Shown here: one piece after another, positions 39,920-54,332 of the stretch | How positions within the stretch are numbered: position 1 is the stretch's first letter | Layout: each line of letters begins with the position of its first letter | NCBI GenBank assembly: GCA_951406725.2 | Contig: OX597832.1 | Coordinates: forward strand, 64,604,001-64,668,000 | DNA from: Octopus vulgaris | Taxonomy: Eukaryota | Length of the DNA: 64,000 nucleotides | Reading direction: 5' to 3' | The notes under the pieces: model-generated | Told to the model about the DNA's origin: nothing | Database searches by the model: none | Seen by the model: only the letters and a program-made list of their open reading frames with translations | Program-made: the position numbers and the translations under genes

Positions 39920-40289
39920 CCTTTCGCTTATCTAAAGTTAAATACAGCGGCATTAACGCCCTTATCTCTCCAACCAGTTAAATGAAGAAAAGTCCACCAT
40001 CACTATGTTTAAGAAGGAGAGAGAGAGAGAGTGAAAGAGAGAGAGAGAGAAGGATGAAATCCTGGAGCGGTCAACCTGCCGTTATGTATTTTTCTAATAA
40101 CACATGTCATTGAAATCCTTGTTCTCTTATATCCTTTTAGGGGTAGTTTAAAAAATAAATACAAGTAAAATCTTCAGATCCATATTATCGTCTAAGCTCA
40201 CCCCAACAAGTTTTTGACCGTGTAACTATGCTAATAAATATCATCATCATCATCACCACCACCACCACCTTGATCCTTATCACTGAATG

Positions 40290-40500
40290 AAATGACAAAA
40301 GCGTTAGAAAGTCACAAAAAATGTGTTGCAACATTTGTTCCAGCTATTTACATTTGGATTAAAAATCGCTCTGAGGTCACCTTTGCCTTCCATCAATCCG
40401 AGATTGATAAAATGATGGACCGGTCAAGTATTGAGATGGATGTTATCAATTATCTTCCCGCCCTTGAACATTCCTAGTCTTGCACCTTAGTCAGTAACCA
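40290..40500 (+). mobile_element. Diverged SINE family C copy
   Basis: gcgttagaaag...aaaatgtgttgcaacattt...gaggtcacctttgccttccatc...gataaaat...ggatgttatcaatta. Confidence 0.55.
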
Positions 40501-41829
40501 TTATTCTCATTATTAACTGTTTTGTGTTCAGGTGAGGTCAAACTGGATCTAACAGTTCTAAGATGTTTTCTGTTCTAAGAGGTATCTAGGATTACACGAT
40601 CTAATTCGTCGATTTCATTCTTTAACGCAATGGGCTTTGATTTGAGGGACATTTAGCATATATCTCTAGCAGATCAGAGAACGTTATTAGGTATTCAATT
40701 ACATCTTTTTATATCTTAAATTTAGATTCTAAGAAGGTTGGTTTCATTTTACTGAGAAAAGATACCTGCCTGTAATATGCAATCTTTGGGGCATATGTAT
40801 ATTAAAATAGAAAAACTGCATCTTTTATTCGAAAATCATAATGAATGATTCACTGATGTTTTCTACAAACTTCCTAATAATAATAAAGCATTGTAATGTA
40901 GTGCGATTTTGTCTAAATTTAAATTTTTACTTCCTTTTACTCATAGAATAATACTGTTGAAAAGTATAGAGTGGAAGAACAAACCTTGACTGTTAAAACG
41001 AAGTTCGATCGGAGTGTCTTAATAAACAGTATGTGAAGAATTAACTTTGACCTCTCTGTCTATAGGTTCTCAGCCGACAATCTCTCAGTGTCTGTGCTAT
41101 ACGGAATTTCGGATAAATATTTCTGACTTTGTGGCAAAGTCGTCATTCATGGCTGATGAGAAACAATATCTGGGCTGCTCTGCTCCTGTTTAAAGTTTAA
41201 AGTATTCTTCTTTGGAGGAAGTTAAAAATAACCAGCTACATGATCTATTCAATTCTCTCCTTACACCTAGATTTTCTTAATTTCCTCCTAGATAGAATTA
41301 ACGCAGTTTTAAATTGGTGAGTGAAATACGCTCGAAATGAGAAAGGCGGCATATATGTCAAGATCTGGAGAAGGATATTATACATCGAATAAATGTTTAG
41401 TAGACAGAATGAAAATGATTGAGCGTGTTTGATTGGACACTGGTGATTTGGCCCGGTTGACCGGTCATTGAACCTTTTCTGACTGTTGTAATTTTTGATA
41501 CCGGAGGCAAAGACGTATACTCGCACACAAGTGCAGAAATATACACATCTGTTTAGAGAAAATGGGAGACATTACAATTTATTTATTGAACACAATGGAC
41601 ATAAACATTTTCCACATTCTTATACAAAGAAATAAACTCACAAACGATCTGAGAGAGAGAAAAGGCCACGGGAGGAGAGAGAAGCAATAAAACGTCTGAT
41701 GTCAAATAAGTCCGTATCCAATCATCAACGCTAAACAGGCAGCGGATCCGTAGTTGCGCCAAAACTTCTCATTCCCTTCTAATGCGAATCCTACAGTAAG
41801 CTATCTGTGGTCCTCATATGACTGGAGAT

Positions 41830-42668
41830 CCCGCAAAAGAAACGCAATTTTTTCAAATGTTATTTTATATGGTAAATTCTGAAATTTTATTTCGGGGATG
41901 TAAGAGGAAATATTCCAAGACGCGCTGAGTTATGGCTGAAACCCAAATTGCAGGTAACCTTTCAACTTTCCCTGAAACGGGCCCCAAAACGTAGCTGCGT
42001 TGAATGCCGTGGGTGGCAGTCGCAAACAATTGTCATGAAAACCGAAATGCACGTGCATCTCGAGGACGTTATGGGTATAAAAAAGCAATTTGAACCGCGT
42101 TCCTGGCTTTCGTAATTTGGACGCATCAGGTATGACTCAGTTGTCAGCAGCACAGAGAGAACAAGCTATCGGCTGATCGCAAGCTGGGCAGCGTGCACAG
42201 GTTGTTGCGAAAGCTTACATGTCAACACCATCTATCGCCTGAAATAGCGATACAACAACACCAACAACACGCTGATGGTGACCCCGAGTGACCACACCCA
42301 AGTAGGAACGCTTCATCGAACTGCAACGCCTCTGTGATCGCTTCAGACCGACCAGCGTGACAGCTCACAAGACCATTGGCACTGGACTGCGACGACACGG
42401 TACGACGTCGACTGGCCGCCAACAACCTGCGTTTCCACCCCGGATACAGTGAGGGTGTGGCGTAGGAGGGGTGAAGCTACAGAGGGACACGTGGGTAGCC
42501 AAATCACCATGGTTTGGGGTGCTCCTACTACCATAACACACGACTGTTGTGAAAGTGCATCCAAGAAATTAACTTAATCAGATATATTAAAATTTATCTC
42601 TGACATAATGAAATTAAAACTTATTTCATAGTCACACACGTCTCGTATTTCTTTTGGGGTTCAATGTA
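41830..42668 (+). mobile_element. Decayed, internally deleted Tc1-family DNA transposon
   Basis: From ATG 42132, broken frames read MTQLSAAQREQAIG*SQAGQRAQVVAKA / HVNTIYRLK*RY / PRVTTPK*ERFI..RLCDRFR / TVRRRLAANNLR / VRVWRRRGE / MVWGA, i.e. the Tc1 HTH region and part of the catalytic region. Right end ttcttttggggttcaatg+TA; left TIR remnant cccgcaaaagaaacgcaa. Confidence 0.8.
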
Positions 42669-43585
42669 AATCATTTGTAAGCAGAAATCTGCAATAGCGG
42701 GATTAAAGGACTTGTTGGTTTATATCGGTAAAGTGGTCGGCGATATTTGTGGGATGGAAACAAAGCTGAAAATATTTTCTCCTTTTGATGTTTTAATTTT
42801 CTGTCTTTATTTCGCTAAAATGTTCATATATATGTACATATGTATAAATACATAATCTCATATGAACACACACTACAAAGTAATATTTCTCTCTCTCTCT
42901 CTCTCTCATACACACACACACATATATATATCAGTACGCCTATGCCACAACTACTTGTATGTGCGTATCTGTTAAGCTTTGTATCTATTTCTATAAACAT
43001 ATGTAAATAAACGTTAATGTATGTATCTATGTGTTTGTGTTTATATATATATACAAGCGTGTATGTGTAGAAGAGATTTAGTCAGCTTATTCAGCACGCG
43101 AGGTAAAAAGGTGACGTGTTTGTTCGTTTGTAGATCACAAGACGTACGAAAATCGCGGATTAAAATAAATATTTTTGTTGCGATTATGCGTCAGACAATA
43201 CATTTGTATAGACAATTTTCATTAACCCCCACCCTTTTTTGAATACAACCAACCAAACCCACACAATTAGAAAGCATCAACAAACGTCAGCATATACACG
43301 TAAAGATATTTACACACACATACACATACGTGTGTTTGTATACCAACTCATATCTGTACTATTATTATTAAATGTTTATAAACACACCAACACAAACAGA
43401 GTCTCAAGTAACAATGAGTAAATCTTTGAGAACTATTTTTTTTTCTCTAAACAATTTTACATTTAAGCTTGATTAATAATACATAAGTATATTTATGAAA
43501 GCTGTGAAATGACATAAAGGTTACCATGACATACTTTATCTCTTACACAACTTATTGTATATTGCTGGCTTATCAGCACGCAAAG

Positions 43586-43690
43586 ATGCGGCGACTTGGC
43601 AGATATGTCAAAGCGTCTGACAGAAACCTTTTATTTTGGAGTTCTGCTTCTTGAGTTCAAATCCCATTACGGTGAAATTCATCGTTTTTA
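43586..43690 (+). mobile_element. SINE family C head fragment
   Basis: gcggcgacttggcagatatgtcaaagcgtc...ttgagttcaaatcccattacggtgaaattc. Confidence 0.5.
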
Positions 43691-45812
43691 TGGTTAATAT
43701 ATAAATTATGAAAGCAGGGCCATAGTTTGGAGGAAGCTTTAGCGCGATGGTTTCCGTATAGACACGTTTTATTTGATCCGGCTTTTAGCGATGAGACTAC
43801 ACCGCTTGCGGACACCGTAGTGTTACACTGTAATCGAACGCTTTCTTACCTTTGAATAGCATTTGTGACGTGGAAAGAAGCTACTTACATGCATGAACCT
43901 TTGCTGGTTTCTATGGAAACCTTGCTTGGTCCTGCAACATAAAAAGACACTTTCCTAGTGTAGGTCATTTGACCTACGAGATATATAGTAACTCGGGAAT
44001 ATAAATACAGTAAAATCTTTGCTGTACTTATAAATGCATAAGTAGATAGACACCCGATCTGATAGAAAGACTTGATAAACATTCCTCAATACACACGCTA
44101 CTGTCTTGGATAAGAAATTAGACACTGGAGAATTTAATGTTAGGTCTACATTTATCAAAACATGGTGGTCCTAACTGGAAGGCCTTTCACGTGCGAGTAA
44201 ACAAATGCAAAAGCAACATCTGCAGCATCACCATCTATTAATTCAGGCCTTCTTTTGCTTGTCTTTTCTGAATTTACTAAAATGGATTTGATTTCCGATA
44301 ACTAGATGACTGCTTAGCACATATCCAAATCCACTCGATGCGCTTCACCCTATTACTCTTGTAACCACTACTGTGGCGCCTCTTTTCTTTTAGTACATTA
44401 TTATACATATTACACATATTATAACATGTTTATATTGGAGCTATATCAGCTTTCCTGTCCATCTTTCTTGTAAAACTAATCGAGAAAGAAATTTTCAAAC
44501 TGTGTTTCAACTACATATATTTCTATATTTTGCGAAGACTTAAAACTATCAGTTTTTGACATCCTCCCACACGTTTTTCTGCTTAATTTATTATATCCTT
44601 CATTAAAGTACAAGATGTTTTAATTTTGCTTATCTTAATCTGAGCTGCTTTTGTCATTGATATCATCCGTAATCCAACAGTCTTTCGGGCAACATGTGCT
44701 TCGACAGACAAGATTTCGAATCACCGATCAGTTGCCGGTCCACTACATGTTTGTTGATGATGCTATTCACTCCAACATATAGCATTTATCATAAAGTGCA
44801 TTTTTATACGCATCACTTCTTAATGTTCCATCTGGTGTCTGGTATGTTTGTAAAACGTTTCGAAAGATGAACTCGGTCTAAGCACCGCAGTTGCTGCTTC
44901 TCTTCTCGTGTTATTTGTGATGTGTATCGCAGCGCAATGTTTGATCGCTAATAAGTGTTTCATTTAGTTGTAGCTTAGTCCTGAATGAGACAGTCCGATG
45001 ATCAAAGATATTCCAGTCGGGGCCATCTATCAGATTTCACACAAAATATAACTTGATACATTATGCATCCATTCTTTTTCTTATATCGCTGTTATATGGT
45101 AGACGAAGAGGTTATTTCTGGTAGGTCGGGCGCCATATAACCGAACCTTGTTTGGCTGCTGCTAAGAATGGTTTTCACGTGAGTGAATTTGTCTTCTGCA
45201 AATTACCAGCAACAAAATCTCCTCCAATGACGACAGTGGCGCAATATCTCTGAACGCCAATGTAATCGTATCTCATTAGCTTCAATAATCGAACATTTCC
45301 GATAGACAAAATATGCTGTATTGTGATAAGTTTAAATGTGGAATGGCGTTATCGAAATAGCAAAAACAAGCACAACTATAGACACGCACACATATATAAC
45401 ACGAAGAACTGTGTCGTACGCAAGGCAAGTGGTGGAGCTGAATATTTATATAAAGAGTAATAATATGTCTAGATCATAGATTGAGGTTATTCGGAGTTTC
45501 ATGTCTCAATAGAAAAACCATCAAACACGTGTTACTTATTCTATAATACTATATTTTATAATATTTTGCCATGAGTATATAAACATGAGCCTGTTGATTC
45601 AATTCATGTAAGACGTAGCAGGGCCTTGTATAGAATATATATCGCTATTGCCTTATATATATGTCTATTGTTTTCTATATGACTATTGCCCCTCATAAAT
45701 CACACAAATATATATATCTGTCTTTATGCCTACAACAAAAACACATTTTCCGCATACAGGACATGTATTTCCGCATTTATATACATGTTTGTAAACACAC
45801 ACACACACACAG

Positions 45813-45876
<64 letters not shown>

Positions 45877-46188
45877 TAGTAGTATTTTCGCGCAGTGATA
45901 TTGCATTAGGGTATTTATGGCGCATTTGATCTTGTTAAGATCAAATGTCGATACTATCGTTTCGTATTGAAGCTATACCAAGCAGACCGGCCGACAGTCA
46001 GGCAGGCAGGCTGGCAGGCTGGCTGACTTAGCTTGACGTGAAGCCGTTTTGCAGTCTAATGGTCCGAAACAGCTGGAACTCACCAATTGAATAAACGCTT
46101 TTTCCCTTTATTTTTACATTTTAAAATGTACTTCCCCCAAAATATAGAAAAAAAAAGTAATGAAAGAAATAGGGTTATGAAAAACGAA

Positions 46189-46249
<61 letters not shown>

Positions 46250-46404
46250 TTATCTATGTATTCACGCCTAAATGTTTGTACATAAAAATGTATAGCTCTA
46301 TCTATATACACACATTTGTTTATATATATACACTTATCTATATATGAATACATTAACATATATACATAAAGACATAAAGCTCTACAGCCAAACATTTGGT
46401 GACT

Positions 46405-46500
<96 letters not shown>

Positions 46501-46898
46501 GCCAAAATATATGCATAAACATACAAAGCTATATCTATAATATATACATGTTTGTGTGTGTATGTTTTTATATATATATGTATGTGTGTGTGTCTATACA
46601 TATATACATACACACATATAAATAAACACTAATGCAGTAAGCCCCGTTTCAAAGGAACTTTAGAAATTCAGGTAAGCAAAAATCTCAGAAACTAAAGCAA
46701 GCATATAACTCTCTTGATGTGTAGTATTTCTTTCTTTTTTTTTTTCATTTTGATCGTTTATTTATTTTTTATATTCTTGTTTATTTTTTTAAGGGACCGG
46801 CGTTTCGATTCGTTTGATTTCATTCCGAATTTTTTATACACTTTGTTTGTAATATATATATTTACACACTCACACACACATACACATACACATACACA

Positions 46899-46946
<48 letters not shown>

Positions 46947-47510
46947 TACATATACACACATGTATGTATATTTTCCCATATCCGCATTTTAGAATTTTTT
47001 TCTTTTTGTTTCATCAGAAGGCCCTTACTTTCAAAGGTAATATTTTCGCTGGAAGGGCAAAATTAGTCGATTTTATTTCGCACTATTTCCTGTTCACCAG
47101 TCAAGGAAGACTTCAGAACTTCACAACTAGCATGAAAACAACCCTTTATTCCCCCTTGTTCCTCTTTGTTTTAACCACTACATTTTTTTAAAATATTTTT
47201 TTTATTCACTTCTGTATTTAATGTTGCAGGGGAATGTTGATTTACTTTGAAACGTGCTGATGGCGGCGAGGTTTGTGGAAGTTCTGTAGGATAACATACA
47301 AGATAAAATAGAAAAACAAAATGAGGTGGACCTACACTGAACATGCTAATAATATATAGTTCCCTTCCCCTCCATGTTTTCCATTACATACATACGTACG
47401 TATATATATATATATTTCAATTAGTGTATAGTCACGAAAATATAAGAAACGGATCACTAGTCACAGAGCACGCCTCATTCAATACATACATGCATGCGCA
47501 CACCAAAAAC

Positions 47511-47547
<37 letters not shown>

Positions 47548-47554
47548 CATATAC

Positions 47555-47601
<47 letters not shown>

Positions 47602-47727
47602 TATACATATATATACATATAACAATAGTAATCACAACACTATATATATATATATATATCAATATATATATATCAATATATATATATATATCAATATATA
47701 TATATATATCAATATATATATATATAT

Positions 47728-47764
<37 letters not shown>

Positions 47765-47777
47765 CAATATATATATT

Positions 47778-48112
47778 CTTTCAGTGGTTTCAGTTAATTG
47801 ACTGCGGCCATGATGGAGCACCGCCTTTAGTCGAACAAATCGACCCCAGGACTTATTCTTTGTAAATCTAGTACTTATTCTATCGGTCTCTTTTACCGAA
47901 CCGCTAAGTTACGGGAACATAAACACACCAACATCAGTTGTCAAGCGGTGGTGGGAGGACAAACACACCAACATATATACATACGTCGGGTTTCTTTCAG
48001 TTTTCGTCTACCAAATCTACTCACAAGGCTTTCGTCGGCCCGAGGCGATAGTGGGTACAGAACACACTTGCCCAGTGTGCCACGCAGTGGGACTGAACCC
48101 GTAACTATGCGG
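47778..48112 (-). mobile_element. SINE family A copy (well conserved, head truncated)
   Basis: gactgcggccatgatggagcaccgcctttagtcgaacaaatcgaccccaggacttattctttgtaaatctagtacttattctatcggtctc...cacttgcccagtgtgccacgcagtgggactgaaccc. Confidence 0.82.
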
Positions 48113-48213
48113 CTATTCGACTAAATCCTTCAGCGCAACTGCGCCTCAACTTGGGTACTGTCCAATGCTTGAAACAAATTCTCTCTTCCTCTGTCGCTGT
48201 CTTTCTGTCTGTC

Positions 48214-48269
<56 letters not shown>

Positions 48270-48460
48270 TAAATTAGAGAAGAAACACCATGAAGCAATT
48301 CAACAATGATATACTTAAATCATACGTATAGAAAAAATAGACGATACGATAAAACATTTACCTAGAACTAAATAAAATACTAAATAATAAATATTCCCTA
48401 TTATTGTTATTATCATTATTATATATATAATATATATAAATAATATATATATTTAAATAG

Positions 48461-48498
<38 letters not shown>

Positions 48499-48799
48499 CA
48501 CGCACGCACACATACACAATCACACACACACACATACACACACATATGCATATATGGGTACAGGATGTCACAAACCGTAAACCGTAGTTGGGTATTGAGA
48601 GAGAAACATTATATATATATATTGATATATATATATATATATATATATGATGCTTCTCTCTCTGTACCCAATCAAGAAAATGAACATATCTTAATAGAAG
48701 GCAATTTGGCTTCTGTCTTTCCAGAGTCGCTACAATGAACCAACGCTTACTGCATTGGAATCGATATTATTGATTACATCCTTTCTCACACATGTTTAG

Positions 48800-49250
48800 G
48801 GTGAGGGAGAAATCTTCATATGTATATAAGTGACGGCGATCATAACCCCGTATCTCTTCCTTCCATCCGCACATCTGAGCAAGTTACTGGATCGGATCGT
48901 CTCTAACCAGCTGATAAGACCATCTGGTACCTTCGTCTCTGTTTTCTCTGCTTTTCTCTCCTCATTAGCTTTCTAGTTGTTCATAAATGCTCAAAGCTCT
49001 CTCTTTTCATACGATGTCCAATGCAGTTAGCCTGTTAACCACATTATGTTCTTAAAGAACTTTCTAATGCTTTCCGCTTGTCTGAAGACTTCAATGTTTG
49101 TTACTCTATTTTATATGCGATATTTTTACCACTCGTCTAATGAACTTCATCTATGCAGCAATGCCAAGTTTTGCGCTTATTCTCTGAGGTCCCGGGTCAC
49201 ATAAACGTAAGTAAGGATGGGTTGGGTATATGCATCTAAGACCCTATTTC
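48800..49250 (-). pseudogene. Decayed RTE-like LINE 3' fragment; second related copy at ~50222-50460
   Basis: Minus-strand relic with PILTY...AA*MKFIRRV...RVTN...RL-type motifs. The end sequence gggYgagggagaaatcttcata...tctctaaccarctga...ctagttgt...gatgtcsaatgyagttarcc is shared with 50222-50410. Confidence 0.45.
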
Positions 49251-50664
49251 TCGTTCATATTGAAAGCCGAATATTTCTATTTGTGGAATCAAAATGGAAT
49301 CTGCAATTTTTCAAACAGGGTATTATGGAAACAAAAGAAAAGAAAGTGCATGAAAGATTCTCTAAACTAATGAGCAAACTGAGCTATTAGGCAAAACTTC
49401 CATTCATGAGCATTTAATCATTTTCTTAGATATAGAAAAAATTCAACAATAACACCATTGTCAGTAACAAAAAAGTGTTAAAGAAAATAATGCTAAAGAG
49501 AACAACAAGAGGACAACAAAACTGAAAGTGAAAGTAAAAGAGAATATCTGATTCTGGTATCCTATGTGCTTGATCTTTTTCGAAACAGATCCCTGTGTGA
49601 TATGAAAGAGAATTTAGCTGTTATCTCTAACAGTTCGATTGACCACATGGAGGCTAATTTGGTAAATGAAATATCGAGTTTAGTGTTTTGGTGAACATTG
49701 TCTGTCCTCATTGCTAATAATTACATAATTTCCCTAACAATTAAAATTAATAGGATATACAAAACAAATACAATCGATTCGGTAATATTTAAAATATTCA
49801 GTTAGAAATATTAATTCTTTTTATTGAAAATAAGATTAAGTATAATTGTAAAACGCTTAGACTTAAGATAAAAGAATTCGATGTATATATGGAGTGAAGA
49901 TACAAGAGATCGAAAGTAAATCAATTTCGCCCCGTGCCTTGTTGACCCCTCTCTCCTCTGCGCACTGTACCGTTCAAAATCCTGTAGTTATTGGTGTGTT
50001 GAAAAGTAATTACAATAGACTGCAATTAATACTGTTTCTGTGTTTGATTTTATTTTGCTCCCATAGAACCCTTCTCATCATGCCTTTTAATTAAATCTGA
50101 CAGAATACAAAGGCTTTCCGATACAACAAAACTGCCTCTGTTTCTAACAAAAACCAACGAGCAAAACAGTATTCGGTCAAGTGATCGACTTGAAATGGCC
50201 GCGAAATCTCTCTCGAGCCTTATTGGGCGAGGGAGAAATCTTCATAAGCATATCTTGGCACGTTATTGTATCGGTCTATCTCTAACCAACTGACATGACC
50301 ATTATATGCATTCTCGCACTGTTATCTTCGCCTCCTTTCGTTTCCTAGTTGTCTTTAAATGTTTAAGGCTCACTTCTCACATATGATGTCGAATGTAGTT
50401 AACCTTCGTGATTTTGAAAAATTTTCTAGTGTTTTCTTTTCGTTTAATGTATACGTTTGAGATACAGTGATACAGAATTTTAAAATGATGAAATGCAAAC
50501 AGTAACGCCGACTTGCAACCTGGGCACGTTTAAAACAAGGTTGATTTAGCAATGAACTAACCCTATGAACGCATCTGTACAACACTAAAGAAAGTAAACA
50601 CCGAAACCCATTTCAGTCAGAAGTAAACATTCCACTAAACGAAGGCGGTTTATATATCGTTCAT

Positions 50665-50911
50665 CTTTTACTCGGTTCAGTCATTAAGCAGTGACCATAC
50701 TGGAGCACCGCCTTGAGGAATTTTTAGTCGAATAAATCTAACCCAATAGAGATTTTATTTTAAAGTCTGGTCCTTATTCTTTCGGTCTTTTATACCAAAT
50801 CGCTTAGTTAAATGGAAACAAACCAACACCAGTTCTCAAGCACTAAGGTGAGGAACAAATGCAGAGAGAGAAAGATAACCCCAACTCCATATATATATAT
50901 ACATATGTATG

Positions 50912-50948
<37 letters not shown>

Positions 50949-51098
50949 GACGGGCTTCTTTCAGTTTGTCTACCAAATCCACTCACAAAGCTTTGGTCGA
51001 CCCGAGGCTATAGAAGAAGAAATTTGCCCAAGAAGCTGCACAGTTGATGAACCCGGGACAATGTAGTTGGGAGGCAAATTTCTTATCAAACAACTCCC
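50665..51098 (-). mobile_element. SINE family A copy
   Basis: cttttactcggttcagtcattaagcagtgaccatactggagcaccgccttgagg...cgacgggcttctttcagtttgtctaccaaatccactcacaaagctttggtcgacccgaggctatagaagaag. Confidence 0.8.
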
Positions 51099-51362
51099 TA
51101 CATTTTAAGCTGGCGCTCTCCTATTTCCAAAAGAAATTTGGTAAGAATAACATGAATACACACACAAATACTTGCTGGCATAAATGAGCGTTTAATAAAT
51201 TCCCTAAACGACCATGTTAATTGGGATTTCATCCAAATGCATGACGTCAAAGCCAAGTGTTTTCTACAATAGTCTGAAATGGACAAACTGTTGAAGAAAA
51301 TTGGCAGCCAGAAATTGAGTAATTGACCATTGCAATTATATATTTATGAAGGAATATATATG

Positions 51363-51448
<86 letters not shown>

Positions 51449-51501
51449 CACGAGTGATTGGACTAAGAACAGAAAGAGGCAATCAATACATTTAGTAGGT
51501 G

Positions 51502-51591
<90 letters not shown>

Positions 51592-51839
51592 TTGAGACAG
51601 CTCCATATAACGAGGCACCAAAGAAGATATCTGATGTGATGCATTCCTGATACGATCCGACCAATCCTCAAGTCGTATGGGGCTGTGCTAAAATTTCTAT
51701 ATATATAAATAAATAAATATATATATATATATATATAAAAAATTTTACATTTAAAGCCTTTTTTTGATATGCTGGCCATTGATAAAATTTTTTCCCGAAC
51801 CCGAAAAATTTTTTATCCTATATCAATTATATATATATT

Positions 51840-51870
<31 letters not shown>

Positions 51871-52325
51871 GTGTGTGTGTGTGTGTGTGTTTGTATATAT
51901 ACACATATATGCGTGCTTGTGTGTGTGTGTTTCTGTGGACAACTTCCCTTTGGCGAATTGGAGAACACCACCCTCCTGTGAACTGAGCAGGAGTATCGCT
52001 GTCTTTAAATAACTCCAATTGATTCCACTCCATCTGGCTTTATGACTGTACGGTCAAAAGGGGCGTAATTCTAATTATCTTTGTTTTCCCTCCGTTTTTT
52101 TCCCACCGTTCTACACTTTGCACCCGTCTTTTCGTTTTCCCTCATTAATACTTTTGTTCTACTGTCCTGATTTGTAATTTATATATGCCATGTGCCCAGA
52201 GCTTAAGGTTTAATTGGGGACAATAGGCGTTTTATTGAAACTTGCCAAGTTAACATCGCCAATGTATGAAACTACTTGTAGTTCCTGACTATATACTGTG
52301 TAAATTAAACTATATATATATATAT

Positions 52326-52760
52326 ATATTGTTATATGTCGGAATGGTCATTTTGCCAGTTTAGCCAATAAAAACACACGCACTATATATTTGGTGTTAC
52401 TTTGCTTCTGTGTTATTTATTTTTTACATTAATCTTAATCTTATTTCGGCCAGAGTTCTTTCGTCACACTCCTGTGACCGCATCAGTGGTCCTTTGTTTT
52501 CTTCTTACTTATTTGTGTCTCTCCTTACTAACCGTCAGCCATTTTGTATTTCTATTGTATGTCTTCATTTGTGCATGCTTATATCTCTATGTGCGTTTAT
52601 GTTTATTTAGTGTGTGTATGTAGGGGATGCCTGTAATATTTGTATCTTTTGTTTATATATGTTCATGTAATTTGTATTTTGTATTTTGTTTTTTGCTTTT
52701 TGTTTTTGTTGTTTTTTTTGGCTAAACTGGCAAAATGACCATTCCGAAATATAACAATAT
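52326..52760. mobile_element. ~435-bp element with 43-bp terminal inverted repeats and an internal hammerhead-like motif (minus strand 52448-52492)
   Basis: atattgttatatgtcggaatggtcattttgccagtttagccaa (52326-52368) matches 52718-52760 inverted with 1 mismatch. Minus strand cca CUGAUGCG gucaca-ggag-ugugac GAAA gaac UC ugg. Confidence 0.78.
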
Positions 52761-52796
52761 CTGTTTCAACACACGACTTCACATAAAAAATCTTGC

Positions 52797-52864
<68 letters not shown>

Positions 52865-53624
52865 CACATTTACAAAATAGAAAAATTAAAAATCATAAAA
52901 ATGATTTATTGATATTTTATCGTATAAATATATCAATTTATATCCATACCTAATTTTCTGAAATACTTATGAGGCTCACGCAAATACACACACACACACA
53001 CACTAACACATACACACACACAGACACACACACACACACAGACACACACACAGACACACACACACACAGATTTGTATTGTGCACTTTTGGTTTTAAATAA
53101 CTCCCCCCCCCACCATGTGTGGGGTTCTTTGTAGATTTTTTTTTCTGTCACATTCTAAATTGTTTGCTCTGATATCTATTTCTATTTATCATGCCGGATC
53201 ATATAGCTTTTACAGCCCCAAAAGACAACAAATAGTAATAGTAGTTAGGGCAATAGTAAAAACAAAAAATGGCCAGTATAAACTAAATACAAATAAATAA
53301 ATGATCAAAGTAAACAAAACGACCAGTTCAAGAATAAAAAAAACAACACAAAACGAAACGATAAAAATAAGAGAAAAAGAAACAAACAAAAACGTATGCT
53401 GCTTAGATGTTCTCTATCACCAGAGCGCTATTAATGTTTAGAGATCGTATTGTTTCTTGTGTTGATTGCGGCTGGTTTCAAAACTCAAAATACATCAGAG
53501 AACAGCGTCCATTAAATGGGTTGGTCAAAGGCAATGCTAACTACTTATACTCATGCATCCTTTACATCATGGAACAATAAACATGGAATCATAACACAAA
53601 TATTTGTATTTGAATAAAAACATC

Positions 53625-53673
<49 letters not shown>

Positions 53674-53952
53674 AAACACACACACAAATACACACACACA
53701 CACACATATATACACATACGCATACTTTTCTTGTGGGTCCACAAGACTACCAATAGTTTCATGCAAATAGGAATCTCTTCACAATTATCTATCCTGCCAC
53801 ATGGGAACGTTGGGATTCTACTCCATTTGGATGGGAATACGGCACACACTGATTATAACATGTTCATATGTGTGGCCATATGCAGAAAAGTAATGTGTTC
53901 TAAGTATTATATGAAACAAAATGCAGAAATATCTATATATATATATCTATCG

Positions 53953-54037
<85 letters not shown>

Positions 54038-54053
54038 ACACTCTGTTTCACTG

Positions 54054-54107
<54 letters not shown>

Positions 54108-54125
54108 ACAGGCATATACATTATA

Positions 54126-54332
54126 CAGTATTCCCTCGACTAAAGTGGGTGTTACGTTCCAAAAGTTCCCACAGAAATAATTAAAATCTTAAAAAAATAT
54201 AAATACCTATCGGCCGCCACAAGCTGTGATATACTGAGGAGTCCGCGATATAAATTTACATATATTAGCGAGAAAAATCCGCGACGTACTGAGTGCGCGA
54301 TAGGCTAAATGCGATATGGTGACAGATTACTG
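54126..54332. mobile_element. pogo/Tigger-like MITE
   Basis: TA|CAGTATTCCCTCG...gttacgttcc at the left and ...gacagattactg|TA at the right; TA target duplication, non-coding. Confidence 0.65.

Noticed and set aside
45923-45947. Perfect 11-bp hairpin catttgatctt-gtt-aagatcaaatg
   Set aside because: Isolated and short, with no associated element or second copy.
51597-51686. ~90-bp segment with imperfect 15-bp inverted ends
   Set aside because: Only 12/15 matches, a single copy, and no complete hammerhead core or TSD.
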